Shown here piece after piece: positions 1 through 10,135 of a stretch of DNA of 64,000 bases. The notes beneath the pieces are model-generated. The model saw only the letters and a list, made by a program, of their open reading frames with translations, did no database searches and had not been told where the DNA came from. Position numbers and translations under genes: made by a program. The DNA is from Lama guanicoe (taxonomy: Eukaryota): assembly GCA_013239625.1 (NCBI GenBank), contig MU054212.1, forward strand, positions 1,178,001-1,242,000, read 5' to 3'. Every line of letters begins with the position of its first letter. Position 1 is the first letter of the stretch.

Positions 1-1078
1 TGTTGCAGAAACTCTCAACCAGAGTGATAAAGAAGTGTTACTAAAGCAGGTGTTTAGAGGTCAGATTGTCTGGCAGTGTGACAGGGATCCTGCACAGCTG
101 AAAGGGCGGAGGGCGGCCTGCAGGGCTGGCGTTACACTTGTGGCTGAAGCACATCCCAAGCGCTGTTCTCAGGATACTTCCCCAAAACCCTGAAGACTTG
201 GCTTGTGCACAGTTTTAATTAGCTCCAAGAACGATCAGTTCAAAGTGTCTGAAGCTACTGAAAACATCAGCTTAATCATGTGCACAGTGTTATTTTCTTT
301 TCTGGGGAAGGAAAAAAAGGCTGGTCCATCAGGGACCTCTTCTCCCCTGTCCCACCATCTGGGACTCAGTTCTCCAAGACAGCTCTGTTCAATCAGGCCA
401 GTCCGACCTGACGAGATAGATCCCTTGGTGTCAGTGGACGGACAGTGCTTGGGTCCTCTTTTTAAAGACGCACCATGTGACTGGCCAGCTCTCTACTGCC
501 ACCCAGGGCCTATGACTTCAAGCCTTGCCTAAAGGGGAGCACGTGCTCTTAGGTTCTGAGTCCTAGATGATGTGAGGTTTTGTGTGTGGAGACCAGTTAA
601 CAGAAGATGACGGTGCCTGTGCTGTGCCAGAGAGATGTGATCAAAAGATGACAGCCAGCGCTGACTTCTTTAGTAAAGAAAAAAATCACTTTGCAGATGC
701 ATTAACACTTTTTCACTAGCATAACACACTCTTCAACTGATTTTTTTTGGTAGAGCTAAAAGTGTTGATTCTCCATTTCCTTGCTGAAGCCACAGCTAAA
801 GTTCAGTACCTGGAAACAGCAGCGTAAAAGGAGACTGCTTCTCAGCCACAACCCTAGTTTCCCTGCCCACTGCCAGCACGACGCCATTCTCGCCTTCCAG
901 CTGTCGAGAATCTCCCCCCTTTCACATTACCAAGCACAACTGAGCCCTCTCTATAGCATGCTTTATGGCACACGTTACTACAGCTGTTTTGTTTAGATGT
1001 ACAAAAACTGAGACATTTCTGTGCATAGCGCCTGTTACAGAGACCAAACCTTTAACACCTGCAATTTTTTTCTTATAG

Positions 1079-1677
1079 CACTAGCAGCAAGCGAAGCAGG
1101 ACAACCACCACCATATTCTAACATGTGGACCCTTTACTGTTTAACTGATATGACTCAGCCAAGTCGCCCGTCACCGCCACCTGCACCCGGGCCTTTCCCC
1201 CAAGCCACCCTCTATTTATCTAACCCTAAGGAGCCACAGTTCCTGCAGCACCCTCCGCAAGTGACTTCTCCGACTTATGTGATGATGGACGACAGCAAGA
1301 AGGCCAGTGTCCCGCCTTTTATCTTAGTGGGCTCCAACGTTCAGGACGCACAGGACTGGAAGCCTGTTCCTGGACATGCTGTTGTCTCCCAGGCAGAGAC
1401 CTTGAAGAGATACGCTGCAGTGCAAGTGCCCATTGCTGTTCCTGCAGACCAGAAATTCCAGAAACTCACCCCAAGTTCCCAGAATGCTAGTCCTCCTACA
1501 GGTGGACAAGAGGGCCCCAGACCCCAAAGCCCAGTTTTTCTTTCTGTTGCTTTCCCGGTAGAAGATGTAACCAAAAAAGGTTCAGGATCTGGTGACAAGC
1601 GTACTCCCTGTGGAAGTTACGGTATTGCTGGAGAAATAACCGTGACTACCGCCCAAGTTCGCAAAGCAGAAACCTAA
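1079..1677 (+). CDS. CABYR: CABYR (calcium-binding tyrosine phosphorylation-regulated, sperm fibrous sheath protein), last coding exon, CR-B region
   Basis: Acceptor ttttttcttatag|CA at 1078/1079 (phase 1). The translation ..GQPPPYSNMWTLYCLTD..PPPAPGPFPQATLYL..PPFILVGSNVQ..SPVFLSVAFPVEDV..GSYGIAGEITVTTA..RKAET matches the CABYR C-terminal region as recalled. Stop TAA at 1675-1677; donor CAG|gtaaat at 1686/1687. Adjacency to OSBPL1A matches known synteny. Confidence 0.93.
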
Positions 1678-2224
1678 AACTGGCAGGTAAATTCTCCCGT
1701 AACATGTGGGCCTCGACACTCTCGAGGTTTCAGCAATTTGATTTGTTGACCTGGAGATCGCATATTTCAATGCAATTTCTTAAAAAAATTTCAGTGAGTT
1801 TGGTCAACTCTCGAGGTGGAGGCTGTCCCCACCTTCCTTACCACCAGCTACTCTATGCATGGCAGGCGCCCTGCACATTCACAACTCACCGAGGAGGGGT
1901 GCCTAAAACACAAACCAGTCAACCCACTCACTTACCTCTCAATACTTGGTTCTGTGTCTCGCCCTGCGGAAGATGCCAAAAGGGGGTGAATGAAAAAGGG
2001 GAAAAAAAAAAAGACCTAATCTTATAATCTAGTCAGCAGGTTTAAGGGGCAGGAAGGAACAGAGGGCAGCTGGAGAGCAAAGCGTGAGACTATGTGGAGC
2101 CCCCAGCCTGGGCCCTCTTACAGTGAACATTTCCAGTAGAACAGACAGGTTGGAAACATTGAAGCACTAATGCGACAGTGGTATTAACTGTAGGTAAGAG
2201 AGTTTTTCACTCACAAATCATAAA

Positions 2225-2670
2225 AATTTGATTCAATGAGTACTTACTATTTACAGTGCAAGCCCCTCCTCCCCACGTGTGTACAGCAGAGCAAAACATG
2301 GAACCTATACCTTAGTGGGAGAGAGGGACAAAAAAGCAAATTACACTATGTGAAGTATTATGAAGAGATGAGACAGACATTGCTAGGGACCCTCCTTTGT
2401 TAGGCCGTGCAGGGCCACAGGTAAACGGCCACCCGCCCTGCACGGAGCCCACAGACAGGTCCAAGGGCAGGAAAGGGCCTGAGGCTTCGAGACGCTACCA
2501 GTTGGCCACAGTGAGATGGGCAGGGAGGACAAAAGATGAAGTCAGGTGTGACGAAGAAACTATAATTCAGGGTCCTGCAAACCAAAGAGACGGGGGTAGG
2601 AAGTTCAGTGGGAAGTCACAGCGACGGGCTGAACGGTTACAGGCAAGGTCAAGTACCCCAGTGACCACAG
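2225..2670 (-). mobile_element. Degraded L2 LINE fragment in the CABYR last intron
   Basis: attcaatgagtacttactat...atggaacctataccttagtggga resembles the reversed L2 3' end. Boundaries approximate. Confidence 0.4.
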
Positions 2671-2936
2671 TTCCGGAGACAGCTCTGTGACCGACATGCC
2701 TTAGGACTGTGTGCACTGACTTTCTCATACCCTTTTAGTGTCACTGTCAAAATGGCCGCATTTGGCATGACATGCTACGATACTTTAGTGTAGATGCACA
2801 GGTACCTGATTAGTTAAGAGCTTAGTAGCCGAGCAGGACAGAACTGGACACTTCTGATCTTACAGTCATTTTACATGTTATTTTATAATTTTATAATCAA
2901 ATTTAAACAATTCACTATTTACATTATTCCTAACAG

Positions 2937-3030
2937 GTGCTGAAAATGACACTGTTTGAGTCGACATTCAAGGTGGAGCCTGCCACCAAGCGTAATGTAT
3001 CAATAAACTTCATGCAAGCATAAAATCTTA
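2937..3030 (+). other. CABYR: CABYR terminal 3'UTR exon (3' end approximate)
   Basis: Acceptor tttacattattcctaacag|GTG at 2936/2937 can pair with the donor at 1687. AATAAA at 3002-3007. Confidence 0.7.
3002..3007 (+). terminator. CABYR: CABYR polyadenylation signal AATAAA
   Basis: Canonical hexamer 65 nt into the terminal exon. Confidence 0.7.
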
Positions 3031-3429
3031 TACTCTTACTTGGGGGGGGTATACAAACATTTGAACACAAAAGGTCTTCAATCTTTCCAGACCTGTGACA
3101 GGATGCAATAGCATTTTCCAACTCTTACGTATACACTGTAAAAAAAAAAAAAATTAAACATTTCCCCTGCAGCAGATCCAGTCACAAGTTTTCTAATGAG
3201 GTTATGCCACCTGCTAATTCCAGATCTGGCATGCTCACTGAGTTTAGACTACACCAGCACCTTGCTTAATGCTGCATTTACCCAGAGAATGCATGCTAAG
3301 TGCCTACTCAGAATGTGACCTCAGGGATTTCTCTACCACAAGTATTTCTTCGTAAGGACACTCTTGATAACTTAGGATTGTATTAAATGCAGCATTAATA
3401 TATCTGAAAGTGTAAAAGAAACCACATTG

Positions 3430-4550
3430 TTTTGAACATTCTAAAGCCTTTATTTAGCATCAGGTGGATTATTTCATTATAACACTTGTTAACTTCAAGA
3501 CAGCCATTAAAATAACTTACTGGCAGCTACCTAAGGTCCCCTGGAACAGTATCTCAGTCTGGGGTTGGGTGGATAAATACCGTAAGATTAATGTACCCCA
3601 ATTAAAGGGGCAAAGCTACTGTACAGTAGGTCTCTGTACGTATCTTAAGTACACAGGTGCCTTGCAAACTTGAAGTGCACGAGACGACCTATTATAGAGT
3701 TTGACATTTATAATACAGGAGTACAACTGAATTCTTCTGGTGGCATCTGCCACTGGGAGTTGAAGCATTTTAAAAGGTTTGTCATTATGTAATCGGTGAT
3801 TAAAATCTCTATTCTAGGGTATTTTTATGAATTGCTAGGTTTTATACATATTTTCAATTTGAACATGTACAATTTAAACACCTTTTAATTCTAATAACAT
3901 TAGAGAAAACTGTAAAAGTAAATTCAGAGTGCTAAAATAAGCAAATGAAATACCTTTTCCAGCTTAGAATTTCCAAATCAGGACTATCTGAACGTTCAGG
4001 CATTTTTTTTCTTCTTTTAGAGGTGGGAAGGGGCAAAACTGAGAGGGTTAGTATGAAGAAAGGCCATCTTTTCAGTGTGGTCTTTGCAAAATGACACACC
4101 CTTTCTCTATATTTGAGCACATAAACATTGTATAGAAGAATTCTAAACATTTCAAAGTTACATCTAAAACATTCAAGCATAACAGCATAAAAATATTCAA
4201 AATAACTTGATTTGGGTTACTATATAATTCCATAAAGCTAAAGTTACATTTAGGTAGAAACCTTCAGTAAATATGGCAACAGCAACCAGCAAAAGCGTAG
4301 TCAGCAGTTTCCCAAACCTCCGTATAAAACAGTATTCCAAGTAAGTGTGTTTGGATAGCAAAATTACCCATTTTTCCTAAGACTTTCACCACCGAGATCA
4401 CCTTATGCCCTACTTTGGTTGGGTGAAACACAAGTTACCATGAGACGGCTTTGTCTTTTAAGATGAGTAGAAACCAAGGAAGAAAAATTTTAAAACATAG
4501 GTTTAAGACTTATTTGTAGATTGGCCAAATGCCCCCCACTTGTCTACACT
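3430..4550 (-). other. OSBPL1A: OSBPL1A 3'UTR (distal end approximate)
   Basis: Lies between the stop TAA (4553-4551) and AATAAA (3454-3449). AT-rich, no repeats recognised. Confidence 0.7.
3449..3454 (-). terminator. OSBPL1A: OSBPL1A polyadenylation signal AATAAA
   Basis: tttatt on + strand, about 1.1 kb past the stop codon, at the end of an AT-rich stretch with no recognisable repeat. Confidence 0.65.
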
Positions 4551-4653
4551 TTAATAAATGTCAGGCAAATTGAAGTAGTTTCTGTCCCAGTAGCTGCCCG
4601 AGTAAATCCAGTCCTGGGCTCCGCTGTAGGGATTAGGGCCCTGATGGAACCAC
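4551..4653 (-). CDS. OSBPL1A: OSBPL1A final coding exon: (R)WFHQGPNPYSGAQDWIYSGSYWDRNYFNLPDIY*
   Basis: Acceptor taaacag|G. 103 nt = 1 nt + 34 codons including TAA. Typical ORP1/ORP2 C-terminus. Confidence 0.96.
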
Positions 4654-5885
4654 CTGTTTAAAGAGAAAAGACAGGATTTACGTGGGAAACTGAGATGACA
4701 GGGTACCCACTGCTTCACTAGCTCACAGATTCCCTACTCACAGCTGGCGGTTCACTTCATTCTAGGGGTTACGATTTCCAAAGAGACTTTTAGGAAGTGT
4801 TTGTAGAGAGCGTGTATGCAGAATAATAGTCCAAAATACACAATGACATCATCCAAAAGGTTTATGGATTTTCCACAGCATTTAGCAACAGTTCTTACTT
4901 AGCAGAAGCAGGAGTTCCTGTCCAGCAGGGTTGTTAAGAACCAATATATTCGTCTAATTGTTCACATAGGCCCATTACTTACCTTCCACTGGAAAGCCGC
5001 CTTTTAAGCGATGAGGACTAAAGAATCCAGAAGGAAATTAACTTTCACAACACACCTACAGTAGTATGTGAGGTGTGTGATTCAGAATAAATGCCCCCCA
5101 AACTCTTAGAAGTTTCTTTTTACAAAGAGCTCAGCGCCAGAGAAGTTGAATAACTTGCCCAAGCTAGCCACCGATATCAAACAAGTCTGGTTTTAAAGAC
5201 CATGATTTCTTAAATATGCTGTGCTACACGTAACCTGCTGAAATTAATCTGGTCCAGATCTTCTTGGGTCTCAATTTTCTCCATGCTAATATGGATTCAT
5301 AGGTTGCACCTCGAGCTTTCAACATCTTAGCCCGTCTTACCTAATTCTAGAAAGAGCTGCCCTAATCTTCTTGCCCTTTACAAAACAAGTCACCTATTCT
5401 CACAGTCCCAGCTTTCTTTAGGTAAGTTGAAATGCAAAACTACTTTTCAAAAGGTTCAGATTCTAATTTGTGTAACATTTTCTAATGTTAGTTTTCAGCG
5501 TAATATTTATGTTAACAGTTCCATATGTGTTTGTCATTCTTTCCAAATAAATTGCCTCTAAAAATATTTAACAATTACAGTGAGGTTAGATTTGTTTGCT
5601 AAGTCCCAACTGGTCCTATTAATCACTACAGCAGCACTAAAAACCCTAAGACAGGAAAAATGCTTCAGATTAGGCCAATTCCTTGAAGGCTGATACAGTA
5701 AATGCCCATTAGACCAAATCTTCTAGACTATTATCATAAAAATTCTTTTTAGTTTTTGGGACTTTTCCCTAATTACAAAATTTTAAAGTCTACTTTAAAT
5801 GATCAAGATATGTGTCTTTCAGATTTTGGTAACCAAGCTAGAAATATTATAAGGAACTATTATTTGATCAAAGTCACAGAATTTT

Positions 5886-5956
5886 AATTGTGCTCTACAC
5901 TGGAATTTGACACAACATTGTAAAATGATTATAAATCAATAAAAAATGTTTTAAAA
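5886..5956 (+). mobile_element. About 70 bp extreme 3' end of a young, camelid-type L1 with target-site duplication (TSD)
   Basis: aattgtgctctacactggaatttgacacaacattgtaaaatg...aataaaaaa, near-identical to 31599-31670. Flanked by aaagtcacagaatttt (5870-5885) and aaagtcagaatttt (5957-5970). Confidence 0.8.
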
Positions 5957-8106
5957 AAAGTCAGAATTTTTGTCTAACACGAATAATACAATTTTACCCC
6001 TTTTGGTCTCCAAAGTCCAAGCAGTAAAAGCACTTTTGTGGTCAGGCTTAGCAAAATCAAGCATTTCAGAAAAACGGGCAAATCAAAATCAAGGTAATCA
6101 AAAATAATTCTAAAAATTAAGCCTCAGACCTATGCCACAGGATTTCTTTCACAAAATGGAGAAGGGGAAAATCAAATTGCACAGAGACTTCACACAACGG
6201 TAGATGCAACAGCTAAGGATACTTTCCTGCTCACACACAAGCCAAGTTCTCTAAGGGCCACACCTGCAAGGCCTTCCTTCGGGGAGCACTTGTTCTTGGG
6301 GAGAGTTCGAACACTGCAGTAAAGGTGAACATCTCGGACGTAATGGTCTGATGCAAAGGACTAGAGTTTCTCTCAACATCTAGTCTCCTAACTTTGAGAA
6401 TTCATGTCTGGAAACCTGCTGTTGTCGCCGTACCCACTCCATGCACAAAAAAGTCCAGTTACTTTGTCTTTCTAAAGCCTTAACATTTTAGGCAAGCATG
6501 GGCAACAGGAAAGGGGTGGTGGGTGGGGGGAAAGATGTCTTTGCTAAATTCTAGGCAATATTTTTGAGTCTACAGAGTCCATGGGTCTATACCAGTAAAA
6601 TAACATTCTATGGAATATTAAATTCTGCATGGTGCTCATACTGGGGGAACAGATGATTTCCCCCACTTATTTTGCCTCATCACCCACCTTCCCTTCAAAT
6701 CCCGTGTCTACTGATGCTAAGAGACAGGTGTGGAAGAGAGCATGTGCAAGGCTCCAAAGTGCAGCTCACAAACGCAGCCTCTGGTTTTCATTTTCAGGCC
6801 ACCACAGAGCTCTCTAAAGCTCCTTGCTTTCTCAATGTAAGACATTATCCGACAGTAAAAATTCTTAGTGGACTTTTTGCTTACTTTGCACACTTGAAAA
6901 TGTGACCACAAAAAAGAAAGAAGTTAATAATCAGAAATACAGTACAAAAGTGGGGTTTGAGAGACTAGAATAATGGTAAAATGCATCAAATCTTTTCAGA
7001 ACGGATCACAGTAAAGCAATGAGGTTTTTGCCTGAAGGATTAATGAAAGTGGAGGCTCCTTCTAATCACAATCTGAGGTGTACTTGCCCTTGAGTAAGTC
7101 GCTTAAATGAAATACACCAGCATTTGGCTTCTTCGCGCACAGGGAAGGGATTTGCAGACTAACGGTTTTCTGGCGGACCTGCCCGAGTTTCAGGGACTCG
7201 GGTGTGTGCAGGTGGGAGAGGCCGAGCCCTGCCCCTCAGCCCTCATCCTACCAGAGCAGCTGTTGCCATGGGTCCTATTTGCAGACTCTGTGTTCTTCGG
7301 CAGCAAAGATTCTGATGCTAGCAAAAAAGCCCAAAAACCACTGGACTAGATGATATTTAAGGTCATTTCTAGTTCTAATAACCGTCTAAGATGCAAAAGG
7401 ACGATCAAATGACATCAACTAAACCACTGTCACAATTAGGCCCATAATGGCTCTCAGATTTATTTTAGCAACTGTGAATGGTGGGTCAGTGGCTTCTGTT
7501 ATGTAATATAAATGTAGAAAATGTTTTTATACCATTCCTATTTACACGAGATTCTATTACTCAATACAAGTGACTACTAACTAACTCCTGATTCTTAAAA
7601 AAAAAAAACAACTTTCAAAACTTGGAGATCAGTTTGTTTCTGAATGGAATCCAAGGTGTTACTTTAATAAACGGCATTTCTGTGACACGTCACGTCCCTC
7701 GCGTTTGGAAGAGTAAAGGCCCTGTCTAACCACCCACGACACGTGTGGTAACGTGTGGGCAAACGGCCCTATAATTTACTCACCTATGTAAGCAAATGGC
7801 TCTGAACCTATTTCTATGCCAAAATCTGTAATTCTAGAGTTTAGTTTTCCTCTTAAATATCGAAGGGACAGTGTTTGGCTGGATAAGGAGGAAAGGTCAT
7901 CTGCTTAATTGGCATTCACCTGCGATAACTGAATATTTTAACCCTAATTTCCAAATAATCTTTTTTCTTTGTACACATCAAACCCCGACAGCTCGACTAC
8001 TTAGTCAGTGGAAGTTACTTTTCTCCCAGGCAGGGCTCAGCTAGCCCCTCCGCAGTTCACACGACCGCCCCCTGTGACCCCCCAGGACCCCCGGGGCTCA
8101 GCGTAC

Positions 8107-8197
8107 CTCGTCTTCCAGTCCTCCTCCGACTTGGACCTGTTCTTGCGGGCCGCTCTCTGCTTCTCCTCAAGTCGCTTTTTTTCCTCACTAGCTTGAT
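8107..8197 (-). CDS. OSBPL1A: OSBPL1A exon: (D)QASEEKKRLEEKQRAARKNRSKSEEDWKT(R)
   Basis: ttttag|AT ... AG|gtacgc, 91 nt, phases 1/2. Contains the conserved ORD motif KxRLEEKQR. Confidence 0.96.
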
Positions 8198-8643
8198 CTA
8201 AAATAAGCACATCGATGGAAAACAGTTACTCTCCAAGTAGGGAGCAGGCAGGGCAGGAGGCACAGGCACCTTCCAGGGTCAGGTACCAGCACGGCCTCCA
8301 CTCGTCAGCACACCAGCACCACAGCCTGTGCCAAGTGGAACGCGTCCCCAAGCTGGTGAGAGGCAGCGCTGGCATTCGAGACCCAGTCACCTCACCCTAC
8401 GGCCTCTGCCCATAACCACCTCTGCATTTACCAGAAGAACCTGCTTTTGGGGGGGGGTGCGTTACAATGCTTCAGTGAAAATCAGGTGGAAAAGCTGAAT
8501 AAATGTGAGATTTTTCTAAATGCTTAGTGAGACCTCACAGGGCTCCTTCGGATTCCATTCCTAAGAAATGCAAACAATTTCCCAAACACCACTGCGCCGC
8601 CCCACTGCTGTTACAAAGGAAGCGTCCGTGGGCTTTGTGAGAA

Positions 8644-8863
8644 CAGGTCTCCCAGCCTTGGCCCTGCTGATATGCTGCACCCCGTTTCTTCGTGGGGGAC
8701 TGTCCTGGGTACGAGGGCACTGAGCAGCACCCCAGGCCTCTACCCACTAGATGCCAGTGGCAGTTCCCCAGATGTGACACGGAAGTCTGCAGACAATGCC
8801 CCATGTCCCCTGGGGGAAAACTGCCCCCCACAACCCTCGGCCGCCCCGCTTCGAGAACCACCG
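8644..8863 (-). mobile_element. MER20 (hAT-Charlie non-autonomous DNA transposon), near full length
   Basis: ggcctctacccactagatgccag, tgtcccctggggg and gagaaccac match the reversed MER20 consensus as recalled. Confidence 0.85.
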
Positions 8864-9311
8864 AACTGGAAGCAATGTAAATGTGACACCACGAGACAGA
8901 AATGTTATCACTGACCAAGGCCAAGCTCACCAGGTGCTACTGACATTCCAAGACACACAGTGAAATAACTAGTCAGAATGCAGCTGAAAGTTGAAAAGAC
9001 TCTATTATTTTCCCAAATTCCCCTGACATGTAAGATACGCCCCTGGCCATGTGTAGTATATTCAATTACCAGGAAGTATCACTGAGATCATGAAATCTGA
9101 GCTACTAAGGCCTACCTCAGATTTTCAAATTCAAAATGAAAGTTACTGAATTTAAACAATTTTAATTTAAAAAAATCTCTAAGAGAGACTAAAAATACTT
9201 GTGCTAACATCCAAAATACTAAACACTAACATACTAAAAATGCTAACAGTCACCAGGAGGAAAACAAACCATCTTCCTCAAAGAAATGACTCTTCGTTGG
9301 TGCTGAGTTAC

Positions 9312-9435
9312 CTATTTCTCCATTTTCCATGGCTCTGATGTCAGGCCGTAGCCTGCAGTCCGTCTTAGGAATCACACTCTCCATTTCCTTGTCTACTTCA
9401 TTCAGAACCATTGCAAAGCTAGTAAAGTTATACAT
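9312..9435 (-). CDS. OSBPL1A: OSBPL1A exon: MYNFTSFAMVLNEVDKEMESVIPKTDCRLRPDIRAMENGEI(D)
   Basis: ttttcag|ATG ... G|gtaact, 124 nt. Contains the ORD motif TDCRLRPD. Confidence 0.96.
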
Positions 9436-10018
9436 CTGAAAAGAAGCAAAATATTCAAATTAACATGTACCAGGCAGAGTGCAAAGTGACCCGCCGGGGT
9501 GGATACCTGACAAGGATCTCCCTGTTTTGTGGTGATGACCGTCGGCCTTTCTCAGATCATGTATCTAAGTGTTTTCACCAAAGGGAGCACATCTGTGGGT
9601 ATTTGCCGCAGAGAGACCTCAAAGCAGGCCTCCCAGGATAAACACCCTCTATCACTACCACCTGGAGGCAGAGCTATAAGCCAAATCAAAATTCTTTCTT
9701 CCTCATTAAAATCACACTTGCTAGGTCTCGTCGCATCTTCTCGTATTTAACAAGAGCCTGTCTTGCTCCTAAGTAATTGTTAAAGAAGGTCCCCCAGAAA
9801 GCCCCACCCCAACGCGGCCTCCCAGCCGGCCACCAGGAGAACCGGGCGGCCGCACTGCACTGGGCCCCAGGCGAGAAGCCCGCAGGGGGACTGGGGAGCT
9901 TTTCGATGACCGCCCCCCTCCCCTCGCCTCGGCCAAGGCCGGCCCTCCCGTGGTCGGGAGAGCGCACCACCAGGGCCCATGTGGACGGTGAGGCCCCGGT
10001 CAGCAGACCCAGCCTCAC

Positions 10019-10135
10019 CTGGGCAGAGTTCGGAGGCCGCGGGGCTATTCGCCACAGGAGAACGCTTCCAGGGATGACAAACACGCTCTCAGAATCTGGC
10101 ACTGGCATTTCATCCGACTCCTCAGAAGTGCTCAT
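10019..10135 (-). CDS. OSBPL1A: OSBPL1A exon: MSTSEESDEMPVPDSESVFVIPGSVLLWRIAPRPPNSAQ
   Basis: cttccag|ATG ... CAG|gtgagg, 117 nt, phases 0/0. Confidence 0.95.

Noticed and set aside
1021..1078. N-terminal part of the 218-aa ORF in the track
   Set aside because: Starts at a GTG within intron sequence. The exon begins after the polypyrimidine tract and AG at 1079.
8535..8930. Overlapping ORFs of 131, 80 and 62 aa
   Set aside because: They overlie the MER20 element.
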